From Octopus vulgaris (taxonomy: Eukaryota): a stretch of 64,000 nucleotides of DNA. The stretch covers positions 176,700,001 to 176,764,000 of the forward strand of contig OX597814.1 in NCBI GenBank assembly GCA_951406725.2, given 5' to 3'. Positions 25,956-38,440 of this stretch are shown here, in pieces; the stretch's first letter is position 1, and the number at the start of each line of letters is the position of its first letter. The position numbers were made by a program, and so were the translations under genes. The notes below the pieces were generated by a model. It saw nothing but the letters and a program-made list of their open reading frames with translations, ran no database searches and was not told the origin of the DNA.

Positions 25956-26758
25956 TTGTTTGAGGATATATTCCTTCTTCCCTCCTAACCAGTTCTGGAG
26001 ATCCTGTAAAGGACTATGGACACTCACTTCCCTCCTGACTTCATCATCATCACCATTTACTGTCCATATTCAATGCTGGCATGGGTTGGGTAGTTTGACA
26101 GGATCCAAGCCCCAATGTCTACTTTGGTATGGTTTTTGAAGCTGGATACCCTTCCTAATGCCAACCACTTTACAGCATGGACTGGATGCTTTATTTATTT
26201 ATTTTTTGTGCTACCTGCATTTTTGAGGTCACCATGCAGTTTGCAGGACTATGAGTCTGGAGAGAGGTGACGGGGCAGCATCGTGCTGGGAGATGAGGGG
26301 ATTACTGTGAGATGAGGAGGGACAGAGGGATGGGAGTAGCCATGCAGAGGGAGCTGCATGGCTACTCACATCTAGGAGAAATGGGTGCAGGGAGAAAAAA
26401 AAGAAAATGATGAGTTGGAGCTGTAAGATGTAGATAATAGTTATAAGGTGCTGAGCTAACTTCAACATGAAAATATCCAGGCATTATCAGACATCATCAC
26501 AATGCCTAACATTTCCATTTTAATTACCTTTTCTTTCTTCATGACCACCATACAACCTGTTTCAACTAGCAATAACCACGCCTCGGATTTACCTCATTGG
26601 CCATGGTACCGTCTCACCCTGTTGCCAAACAACATGATGTACCCCATCTTTATACACTCAGAAACAACCCCATAAATTCACACATAGATATTACCTATAA
26701 AAATAACATTTATACCATATTCCTCAAAATTTACTCCATCACCTATAAATTTCATCTC

Positions 26759-27034
26759 CTTACTGGCACTTGTGCTGGTGTGCAGGTGATACGTAAAAAA
26801 AACACGATTTTCCGTGACCGTTGCCAGAACCGCCTGACTGGCCCTCATGCTGGTAGCATGTAAAAGCACCCACTACACTCTCGGAGTGGTTGGCATTATG
26901 AAGGGCATCCAGCTGTAGAATCTCTGCCAAACCAAGACTGGAGCCTGGTGCAGCCATCTGGTTCACCAGTCCTCAGTCAAATCGTCCAACCCATGCTAGC
27001 ATGGAAAGCGGACGTTAAATGATGATGATGATGA
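26759..27034 (+). mobile_element. RTE 3'UTR/tail fragment (family E)
   Basis: Begins ccttactggcac, ends (GAT)n. Confidence 0.8.
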
Positions 27035-28144
27035 TTTTCTCAGAGAAAACCTGAGAGAGTCTCTTACATATATATCCCTACCTGCCCTTACATCTCTTGG
27101 ATTTTCTGTAACCTTTCTTTCCCTTGCTGCATCCACCTGTTGTTTCTTCTGCTCCCCTCTTCCTCTATTCTCTCTACTACAAGGATGCTTTTGTGACATT
27201 TACATTCTACTCTTCCCTTCCTTCTACCTTTCTCCTACCCTGTAGTGAATTCTTCCTGCCCCTCACCCTCTGCCTTCTTTTCTTTCACTGCCCTTTCTCC
27301 ACAGTATCTCTGCCTCCTCAACACCCTTACTCATCTTTACCCTTCTGGCCTACCCCAGAAACCCCACACCTCTCTTTCCATCAATGACTCTCTCAGGATT
27401 CCTATCCACCTTAGTTTATGGTTACTTTTCTGTCCCCTTTTCCTCACACCTTATGTCTCTATTCACCCCTTATAATGTTGGATAGCTCAAGAATGGCCCC
27501 TTTACACAATCCATCATTTTGCTTTTTTTTTTTTTTTGAACCCTGTCACTAATCTATTCCTTCTCTCCCATAACCTGCCTTACTGTCACATCTTTTATTT
27601 ATCATCTTTTTGCTTCATATGATTATTCTCTCTTCTATTCACCATCAGTTACAGAGGCCACTTTAGGGTCTTAGCCTTGCAAGTTTCAAGGCAATCATCA
27701 CTTTTACTGATGCTATGAAAAATGTACTCTATATACCCAGTAAAATCTTGTGTGTGTGTGTGTGTGTGTGCATGTGTGTGTGTGTGTATATATTCTTTTA
27801 CTTGTTTCAGTCATTTGACTGTGGCCATGCTGGAACACCACCTTGAAGTGCTTTTGTCAAATAATTCAACCCCAGAACTTATTTTTAAGCCTAGTACTTA
27901 CTCCATCTGAACCACTAAGTTACAGGGACGTAGACACATCGACACCAGTTGTCAACCAGTTGATGGTGGAGTGGGGGGGGGACAAATATATGCACACACA
28001 CATATACATACATGACTGGTTTCTTTCAGTCTCTGTCTACCAAATCCACTCACAAGGCTTTGGTTGGCCTGATGTTATTGTAGAAGACACTTGCCCAAGG
28101 CGCCATGCAGTGGGACTGACCATGTGGTTGGGAATGTATATATA

Positions 28145-28188
<44 letters not shown>

Positions 28189-29380
28189 CTTTTGGGAGGC
28201 TCTTGTACAGCTCTAAGTTCTTCAACCACAGTATATACCGATTAATGTTCAGAGCTATCCTCAGCATTCTCATGTAGCACCCATCTACCATCTGAGTGTT
28301 TCTTGGTCAGTGTCCAAGTCTCAGACCTGTAAAACAGCACAGACTCCACTGCAGCAATGAAGAAACAGATCTTTGGGACTTTATGAAGGTCCGGCTTCCA
28401 TACAGATCTCAAACTGTGGATTGCTGCCCAGGCTTTGCTCTTCCTCTCAACTATATCACCCTCTGCATTCTCAGTCTTTGCTCCCAGATACAGGAAGTCC
28501 TCAACCAACTCTAGTGGCTTCCCACCTACATTCATATTCTTCTCTGGCTTCTTAATGTTCTCTTCCAGATACTTTGCCTTAATCTCATTCATTTGTAGTG
28601 ATGCCATTTCGGAAGTCTTCAGCACGCATGCGCAGAGTTGGATTTCTTCCGGTAGGCTGCTGGAAGTTCCCTGATGCACATGCGCAGAGAACTACCAACA
28701 GCAAGATTTCCCACTGTATTGATCTCTTTTGAAACAGCAGCCAAATTGAACGGATGCATCCTCACGGCTCTCCCAAGCAAGCCAACACGTGGCGAAGCTA
28801 CTCTACACTGGAACGAGACGGCATTTGGCTCACACAATTTAACTACTGTGATTAGCTCCATGGCCCATGGCTACCGGTTCGCCCTGAAGGAAATATATGT
28901 ATATGTATTATTGCAAATCCAGAAAATAAATATTATTTATGCTGTTGAAGATATTCGAAGTCTCGGTTTTCCTTCGACAAATAATTTAATGTAACAGGAT
29001 AAGACCGGCACCCCTCAAGTGTTCCAGAGACCTTTCATCCTGTTACACATTTTTAGCCCCACAGTCTCCACCTGCATCAACTCCTCTGCGTCCCTCACTG
29101 TGTTTGTCACCAAAACTATGTCGTCAGCAAATTCAGCATCTGATATCTTTTTCCCCAAAAGTTAGCTCGAAAATAACACAGAGGAGACTGAGGTTAGCTC
29201 GACATGCTCACTGTCATTCAGAGTTGATACTGCACACAGTGCTCCTGTGGGAGTCACTACATAGACATGCTAGAAGAGGGAGACCGAGGATAACATAGGT
29301 TGATGCCTTAAGGATAGACACTGGTATCTGAGAGAGGCAGGACATGGCAGCGATTATGGGGGCCAAGGACCACTGGAGAG
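28189..29380. mobile_element. RTE-clade LINE fragment with inverted 5' part (28189-29152 minus, 29153-29380 plus), interrupted by a solo LTR
   Basis: Minus: EFADDIVL...LELVEDFLYLG...AVESVLFYRSETWTLTK...ELYKSLPK; plus continues PKVSSKITQRRLRLARHAH...RGRPRIT. Confidence 0.85.
28594..29047. mobile_element. Solo LTR (454 bp, 4-bp TSD, Gypsy-like)
   Basis: TGTAGTG...TGTTACA termini, TSD catt/catt; second copy inverted at 36853-37306. Confidence 0.85.
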
Positions 29381-29670
29381 AACTCATTCATAGATTTTGA
29401 AAATTTTACCTGCCCTAAAGTTATGTAGTAAAATAAGGATTCAGATAGAATCAGGTACTTGAAAAGGGTTAGATAAACCTGTGGTTCTGGCCCATGGTTG
29501 GTAAGTATCAAATAGGATATTCCACTTGTGTACAAAGAGAAAACCAACCCTATGAATATTTAGTGCCTAGGGGCTGGTCCAAAACATGTGTTACATTGAA
29601 TTGTATGTTGTTGGTATACTCTAGGGTGTCTGACAAGTTGTCAATTCTCTTGGTTTATTATATATATATA

Positions 29671-30687
29671 TACCGCATCGACTGGCCTCTGTGATGTGGG
29701 CACATAACAAACACCATCCGAACGTGGCCGTCCGCCAGCCTCATCTGGCACCTGTGTCGGTGGCACATAAAAACACCAACCGAAGACCCGGCAAGACTAG
29801 TCAGGCCATAACCCATGGCCCCTACTTGGGACGTAGTCAGTCCACCTGTGCATACCTTCCTTCCTTCTTGTGACACTTGTGAAGACCTGTTGAGGCAAGT
29901 GAAAATCAAATCAAATCAAATCAAAATAGATGAACATCAATGGAATTTGTATCTTGTGGTACCAGTGCCAGTGGCACACAAGAAAACCATCCGAACGTGG
30001 CCGTAGCCAGTACCGCATCGACTGGCCTCCGTGCTGTGGGCACGCAACATACACCATCCGATCGTGGCCGTTCGCCAGCCTCATCTGGCACCTGTGTCGG
30101 TGGCACATAAAAACACCATCCGAAGACCCGGCAAGACTAGTCAGGCCATAACCCGTGGCCCCTACCTGGGACGTAGTCAGTCCACCTGTGCATACCTTCC
30201 TTCTTGTGACACTTGTGAAGACCTGTTGAGGCAAGTGAAAATCAAATCAAATCAAAACAAATCAAAATAGATGAACATCAATGGAATTTGTATCTTTGTG
30301 GACCAGTACCGGTGGCACACAAGAAAATCATCCGAACGTGGCCGTAGCCAGTACCGCATAGACTGGCCTCCGTGCTTTGGGGACGTAACAAACACCATCC
30401 GATCGTGGCCGTCCGCCAGCCTCATCTGGCACCTGTGTCGGTGGCACATAAAAACACCATCCGAGCGTGGCCGTCTGCCAGCCTTGTCTGGCACCTGTGT
30501 CGGTGGCACATAAAATCACCCACTACACTCTCGGAGTGGTTGGCGTTAGGAAGGGCATCCAGCTGTAGAAACACTGCCAGATCTGACTGGCCTGGTGCAG
30601 CCTTCGGGCTCCCCAGACCCCAGTTGAACCGTCCAACCCATGCTAGCATGGAAAACGGACGCTAAATGATGATGATGATGATGATGT
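29671..30687 (+). mobile_element. Young RTE 3'UTR insertion with ~340-bp tandem triplication
   Basis: Unit restarts taccgcat.gactggcctc at 29671, 30011 and 30352; ends in the family E tail (GAT)n. Confidence 0.85.
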
Positions 30688-30744
30688 ATATATAAAATTA
30701 TTTTAAACTTATATTTTAGTATATTGATATTTTAGATCGGAAAT

Positions 30745-30788
30745 CCACCTGAAGATTGTCATTAGAAGACATGAAACAATTGTAGTGG
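30745..30788 (+). ncRNA. Minimal type I hammerhead ribozyme motif (Penelope type)
   Basis: CCAC-CTGAAGA-tTGTC attagaa GACAt-GAAAC-AATT-GTA-GTGG: intact core, stems I and II, palindromic stem III. Confidence 0.75.
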
Positions 30789-30972
30789 CGGTTTTTTTAC
30801 TTTTTATTAAAATTTTATGTATTGATTAAGTCTTTCCTTGTTTGTTTTGCAAAATAGTGGTTTTGTCTCTAATTAATATTATATAATATTTTACTATAAA
30901 ATTGGATTTAATCCTAAATCTGATTTTTTCCCTGTAAATTTGGATTTATTCCCTAATATTTATTATTATATG

Positions 30973-31020
<48 letters not shown>

Positions 31021-31067
31021 TGTATATATAAATATACATATGTAGATAGATATGTATATATAGATAG

Positions 31068-31138
<71 letters not shown>

Positions 31139-31349
31139 TAGATAAGCACCCACTACACTTGGAGTGGTTGGTGTTAGGAAGGGTATCCAGCTGTAGAAAC
31201 ACTGCCAGATCAGACTGCTGCCTAGTGCAGCCTCCTGGCTTCGCAGACCCCAGTCGAACCATTCAACCCATGGCAGCATGAAAAACAGATGTTAAACGAT
31301 GATGCTGATGATGATGGACAATTACTCATTGTCTGTTATTATTCATTTG

Positions 31350-31426
<77 letters not shown>

Positions 31427-32436
31427 AACAGATGAGACTAATTAGTAAACAATAATATGAGATGTCGGCGTCGTAATCAGTTTGTAAGGATTAGTTCTTT
31501 GTTGATTGCAGTCATGTAAAGATGAAAGAACAGTGATTGAAGTTGTGAAAAAAATATTGGTAGCTGTCTTTGACTTGAGTGTCATTCATTAACAAACTGA
31601 TTGAGTTGTCTTGAGCCAACTAACTGATTTTTACTTGGGGTTCTTGCTTTTATAACTATCCAGAAGGATAGACATATCATTGACAACAATAGATTTAGTT
31701 AGTGGTCTTGTTACCTTAATTCTAGCTTTTGGTGAAATAGAAGAGGTTAGAAAGGTCAAGTGATGAAGACATTATTTCAGCCTAGCTAAGGCAGTCCTGG
31801 CAAATGTAAAACTGCTGTCACAGAGAAAAGTTCTGCTGAACTGTTAATTTAAATTTGGCTGTGGTGGATTGACTCTTGCTCATGCCTGCAAGATCCACTA
31901 CATATATATCTCATGGACTCTCCCATTGTTAGACGATGTATGAGGGTTCAGCAATTTCTTACTGAACAACCACACAGATGATTTGTTTACAGTGATCCAA
32001 TATTTGTGTACACTTAAACTCACTCCCTCCATCAAATCGACATTACCTGTACAGGTGCACCATGTGCCACATGTCAGATGACAAAATGATCACAGAGCAA
32101 CAAACATGAAATAAAGTGCTTTCCTCAATGCCTAGTCAGGGAACTGAACCTACAATCTCGAACCCACAATTACACACACTCACACATACACATATATGTA
32201 TACATATGTGCAATGACCTAGTAGTTTGAGTGTTGCACTCACAATTATAAGATCATGATTTCAATTCCTGGACCAGACAGTGCATTGTGTTCTTGAGTAA
32301 AACATTTCATTTCATGTTGTTTTGTGATAGCTTCAACATCTGACATGTGGTACTCTATACAGCTGGGCAGGCAATGTTGATTTGATGGAGAGAGTGAGTT
32401 AATATACAGCACAAACATTTGATTACTATGAACTAT

Positions 32437-32829
32437 AGGCATAGGAGTGGCTGTCTGGTAAGTAGCTTGCTTATGAACCACATGGTTCCAGGTTCAGTCC
32501 CACTGTGTGGCACCTTGGGCAAGTGTCTTCTACTATAGCCTCGGGCTGACCAAAGCCTTGTGAGTGGATTTGGTAGACAGAAACTGAAAGAAGCCTGTCG
32601 CATATATGTGTGTGTGTGTGTGTGTGTGTTCGTGTTTGTCCCCCAACATCACTTGACAACCAATGTTGGTGTGTTTACATCTCCATAACTTAGTGGTTTC
32701 ACAAAAGAGACTGATAGAATAAGTACTAGGCTTCCAAAGAATAAGTCCTGGGGGCGATTTGCTCAACTAAAGGTGGTGCTTCAGCATGGCCATACTCAAA
32801 TGACTGAAACAAGTAAAAGAGTAAAAGAG
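32437..32829 (+). mobile_element. Family B SINE, full length
   Basis: aggcataggagtggctg ... aagtaaaagagtaaaagag. Confidence 0.9.
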
Positions 32830-32984
32830 TATTCATTCATACAGGTTGTTCAGCAAGAAACTACAGAACATTCATCTGTCATCTTCGACTGAAGAGTCTG
32901 TCATACATGCATGTATAAATGTATGTATGTATGTATGTGTATATGTGAGTATATGCATATATGAGCATATGTATGCAAGGTACT

Positions 32985-33025
<41 letters not shown>

Positions 33026-34060
33026 ATGTGAGAGAGAGCATGTCACTGTTTCTGTCTTCTTATCTTAATGTAGTAGGGTAGTTGTAAATGAATATTACTG
33101 TCATACAAGCAGTGTGGGTGTCATTCATTTCCAACATTCTGCAAAAATGTATCCGGCCATGGGGAAATATTGCCTTGCTTTAGTGAATATATATATTGCA
33201 AGTTTCAAGGCAATCATCACTTTTGCTGATGCTATGAAAAATGTATCTAGCCATAGACACGGGTGTATGATGCGTACGTATAAAACCATCCAACTTATGT
33301 TAGCATGGCAGCTGGATATTAACTGATGATGATGAGGAGGAGGAGGAGGAGGAGGAGGAGGATTTTTACCTTTGCAATTTTACATCCGCAAGATAAAAAT
33401 GTTTGCCACTTTGCTGTGGCATGATAAGAAAATCTATTAGTGCAGTAGAACCAGCCATTGCTCTTGAGCCATCGTGCTTGAGTTAAAACCGTGCTTTAGC
33501 TAGTGAGGGTTGGTGACAGGAAGGGCATCTATCAATAGGAAATCTGCTTCAGTAAACTCCATCTGATCTATATAAGTATAGAAAACTGGATGTTAAAACG
33601 AGGATGATGGTGATGTTAATGATTGCACAGTACAAACGCCAAATTTGAGACTAGAAAGACAAACAAGAGCTCTGTCTCACTCAAACAGGCATTTGTTTAT
33701 GAACTAGCTTAAAAGTCCCACTCTGTGTGAACTTTTAAGCAACCTCCTGCAGAGGACTAATTGGGCCTGTGGCTCAAAACTAAAGAGAGCAAAAATAATC
33801 AAGCATTCATTTGTACCCTACCAATATGGTATTGCTTTAAATTCAGTTTAAAAGAAAACTTGTAAGTTCACGAATTTTTGGAATTCTTTTAAAATTTGAA
33901 TTTTCAACTGTTAGCATATAACAAGAATGAAATGAAGGGCAGAATTTCAATCCCGGTATCATCCTGATTCCAAAAAGGTATAATATATCTATGTAAAGCA
34001 AATATAGACTGAGATATAGGGGTCCTGGACAGACAGACAGAATTTCACATTTATTATTAC

Positions 34061-34234
34061 AGACGTAGGAATGGCTGTGTGGTAAGTAGCTTGCTTATGA
34101 ACCACATGGTTCCGGGTTCAGTCCCACTGCGTGGCACCTTGGGCAAGTGTCTTTTACTCTAGCCTCGGACTGACCAAAGCCTTGTGAGTAGATTTGGTAG
34201 ACAGAAACTGAAAGAAGCCTGTCGTATATTTGTA

Positions 34235-34305
<71 letters not shown>

Positions 34306-34514
34306 GTGTGTTTGTGTGTCTGTGTTTATCCCCCCAACATCGCTTGACAACTGATGATGGTGTGTTTACATCCCCCATAACTTAGTGGTTCGGCAAAAGA
34401 GACCGATAGAATAAGTACTAGGCTTACAAAGAATAAGTCCTGGGGTCGATTTGCTCGACTAAAGGTGGTGCTCCAGCATGGCCACAGTCAAATGACTGAA
34501 ACAAGTAAAAGAGT
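34061..34514 (+). mobile_element. Family B SINE, full length
   Basis: Same head and tail, internal (TA)n expansion. Confidence 0.9.
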
Positions 34515-34814
34515 AATAAGTAATGAGTAGATGTTTAATATATTACTGTGAGTACTTGAGTTTTAGAATAGGCATCATGTCTGTCATATGAGGCAACTAA
34601 AATGGGTGACCACAGGTAGGCATCCAGTTGTAAAACACTATCTCAAAATTATTCCAGCGTAGAGAAGTGGATGTGAAACATTGATGATGATGACAATGTT
34701 GATGATGACTATGAGAAAGATGAAGACAATGATAATGATGATTATGAAGATGATATCTGTGATGATGACAATGATGACAACGATGATGATGGCAATGATG
34801 ACTGTGATATACTG

Positions 34815-35151
34815 AAACCCCCTTTGGTCATGACTGACCATGGGATTGCACCTAGGAAGTTACCCTCCCAAGCACAAGTCTGGGCAATGATGTTTATGGA
34901 AGACCAACAATCGCCCATGCATAACAGCCTCCCCTCTCCACACCACCAATGTTATCCAAGGGAAAGGCAAAGGAGCCGATACAGCTTGGCACATGTGACA
35001 TTGCAATGCATTTCTACAGCTGAGTGAACTGGATCAACATGAAATAAAGTGTCTTGCTCAAGAACACAACACACAGCCCGGTCCAGTATTCGAACTCACA
35101 ACCTTATGATCGTAAGCTCGACACTCTAACCACTGAGCCATGCGCCTTCAC
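34815..35151 (-). mobile_element. Family D tRNA-derived SINE
   Basis: Minus head gtgaaggcgcatggctcagtggttagag...gagttcgaatac; second copy at ~46920-47240. Confidence 0.85.
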
Positions 35152-35296
35152 TGACTGTGATAATGAAGATGATTATAACAGCAATGATGACTGTAATGAC
35201 CCCCAACGACCATGATAATGATGACAATGATAACTGTTGATGATGATGATGATGATGATGATCAATGACTGACGATGACGATGGAGATGATTACAA

Positions 35297-35529
35297 AGAC
35301 GGTGAGCTGGCAGAAACGTTTGCACGCCGGGTGAAATGTGTAGCCATATTCTGTCTGCTGTCATGTTCTGAGTTCAAACTCCACCGAGGTCGACTTTGCC
35401 TTTCATCCTTTCAGGGTCGATAAATTAAGTACCAGTTACACACTGGGGTTGATGTAATCGACTTAATCCATTTGTCTGTCCTTGTATGTCCCCTCTGTGT
35501 TTAGCCCCTTGTGGGTAGTAAAGAAATAG
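35297..35529 (+). mobile_element. Family A SINE (A1 tail) inside a (GAT/GAC)n tract
   Basis: Head, core and tail gggtagtaaagaaatag. Confidence 0.85.
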
Positions 35530-36050
35530 ATGATTACGAAGACAAAGACGAAGATGAGGATGATGACGATGATGACAGCAACAATGACGATGATGACAAC
35601 GACAATGACAATGACAATAATGATGATGACAACAACGATGATGCCGCTTAAATATCTAATATCATTTACATTAAATAAATCACAGCAGTTAATTCAAACA
35701 ATTTTTACAGCTATTTCATCTTAGTAAAAACCACATTCATTCTTTATTACAATAGTATCAATTTTTAACAGATTTAATTGAATAATATTGATTTTTTTTT
35801 TTAAACATTAATACAAGACAATGAGAAAATAGTAAGAAAAATGTATAGTCAATAAAATCGACCCTGCAACTTGATCATTTTTCTGCTTCTGCAAATTACC
35901 TCTCCACACATTTAACGAACAGCACTAATAGTTTCCATTATAGGCACAAGATTTGTATATTTTGGTGGAAAAAACAGTTAAAATTGAACCACAGTACTTG
36001 ACTGGTACTTGTTATTATCAGCTCTGTTTTTCGTTCCTTCTGGAAGCAAT

Positions 36051-36459
36051 AGGCGTAGGAGTGGCTGTGTGGTAAGTAGCTTGCTTACCAACCACATGGT
36101 TCTGGGTTCAGTCCCACTGCGTGGCACCTTGGGCATGTATCTTCTACTATAGTCTCGGGCCGACCAAAGCCTTGTGAGTGGATTTGGTAGACTGAAACTA
36201 AAAGAAGCCCGTCGTATATATGTATATATATATGTATGTGTGTGTATATGTTTGTGTGTCTGTGTTTGTCCCCCCAACATCGCTTGACAACCGATGCTGG
36301 TGTGTTTACGTCCCCATAACTTAGCAGTTCGGCAAAAGAAACCGATAGAATAAGTATAGGCTTACAAAGAATAAGTCCTGGGGTCAATTTGCTCAACTAA
36401 AGGCGGTGCTCCAGCATGGCTGCAGTTAAATGACTGAAAAAAGTAAAAGAGTAAAAGAA
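36051..36459 (+). mobile_element. Family B SINE, full length
   Basis: aggcgtaggagtggctgtgtggtaag ... gtaaaagagtaaaagaa. Confidence 0.9.
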
Positions 36460-36718
36460 TACAGTAAGATAACTATATATGAACTTTTTTACTAAAAGAA
36501 CAAATTAAATAATGAATAGTTTTGCTGAAGAAAATTAACCATTTAGCATTTAAACCAGCCATATCCAGCCCAAAATACTCTACCTGTTTTATGTTCAAGT
36601 TGGCTAGATCTAGCCTACTTACACTTACCCTTCAATGTCATTCTCAAAATAAACAATCACATCATTGAAATTTCATAGCTATGGAATAATGCATAATTAA
36701 TTCAAAACAATGTGAATA

Positions 36719-38068
36719 CGAGATGGTATCAAAAAGGTCCTGGACTAGTTCTGTAGTACACCAACAGATGGCAGTACATAATTGTATGCACAGTGAGAGC
36801 TAGCAATGACCTTCATGAGGCAGTGTGCCAAGTGACACCACTGTGTTTACTTTGTAACAGGATGAAAGGTCTGTAACACTGGAGGGGGTGCAGCTCTCAT
36901 TCCTTACATTAAATTATTTATCGATGGAAAAAAACCAAGACTTCCGATATCTTCAAAGAGCATAAATATTTTAATTTCTGAATTCACAATGTATATATAT
37001 ATATATATATACATTTCTTTCCCGGCAAATCGGTAGTCTAGGAGCTAGTCGCAGCAGTCAAATGGAGTGAGCCAAATCCTGTCTTGTTCCAGCATAGTGT
37101 AGCATCGCCACGTGGTGGCAGCTTGGGAGAGCTGGCTAAACACGTCCATTCTGTTCGCTGTCAGCCTTTGAGAGGAGATCAAACATAGGAAATTTTGCTG
37201 CTGCTAGTTCTCTGTGCATGTGCATGAGGGAACTTCTGGCAGGCCTTCCAGAAGAAATCCAACTCTGCGCAGGTGCGCTGAAGATTTCCAAAATGGCATC
37301 ACTGCAACTTTGCAAGTTGGGAAATTTGTGTTTTTGTAATCATGTGTATGCTGTAGTCTGTGATTTGGTCATAGACAGGAACAAAGAGCCAACATGAAAT
37401 TTTGTTTCAAATATGGGAAGTCTGCTACAGAGACATTGAGCATACTTCAGCCAGCTTACAGCAACGTGACCATGGGTCATACACAATATTTCAAGTAGCA
37501 TGAGCCCTTCAAAAGTGGAAGAATGTCTATAGATGACAATGAGCAATCTGGAAGAATTGCCACAAGTGTCACCCCTGAAAATGTGGCACTGTGCATCAAG
37601 AATTTGTCCTCCGTGTCCAGACTGTTAGATGAAGTATGAAGGTTCAGCAATTTCTTGCTGAACAACTGCACAGATGACTTGTTTATAGTTCTACTGCAGT
37701 GTTTTGGAGCATTTGGGGTAGGACATTTGGGGAAAGGAACTGGATCTGTAGAGCATGAAGAATTGGATTCTTCACCAAGCTCTTCTCACTTGTGAATTTC
37801 TTACCAAAAACAATATGGTGTCACTTCCACATCCACCCTATTCACCAGATTTAGCACTTGCAGACTTCCATCTCTTCCCTAAGTTGAAAATGCAGCTCAG
37901 ATGTCACAGTTTTAACACCATTGTTGAGATTCTGAGCAAATTGCAGAAGGTCCTCGACTCGTTTACAGAAAATGACTTTCAGGCTGGATTCCAAAAGTGG
38001 CATGAAAGTTGGGACTGGTGTATTGCTGTGCAAGATGACTATTTTGAAGGAGATGATGTTAAAATTTA
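36719..38068 (+). mobile_element. Decayed mariner transposon containing a solo LTR
   Basis: TA-cgagatggtatcaaaaagg left end; HPPYSPDLALADFHLFPKLK and DDYFEGD in ORF 37755-38069. Confidence 0.85.
36853..37306. mobile_element. Solo LTR (454 bp), inverted relative to 28594-29047
   Basis: TGTAACA...ACTGCA termini, TSD actt/actt. Confidence 0.85.
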
Positions 38069-38390
38069 GATGCAGGAGTGGCTGTGTGGTAAGTAGCTTG
38101 CTTACCAGCCTCATGGTTCTGGGTTCAGCTCTGCTGTGTGGCATCTTGGGTAAGTGTCTTCCACTATAACCTCGGGCCGACCAAAGCCTTGTGAGTGGAT
38201 TTGGTAGACAGAAACTGAAAGAAACCAGTTGTGTGTCCTTGTTTGTCCCTTGTGGGCAATAAAGAAATAAGAAGCATTAGCACACCAGGCGAATTGACTT
38301 AATCCCTTAAGTCTGTCCTTGTTTGTCCCCTCTATGTTTAGCCCCTTGTGGGCAATAAAGAAATAAGAAACTGAAAGAAGCCCATCGTAT

Positions 38391-38440
<50 letters not shown>

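Noticed and set aside
31423-31714. Possible solo LTR starting TGTAACA
   Set aside because: 3' end reads TGTTACC, no TSD, no second copy in the window.
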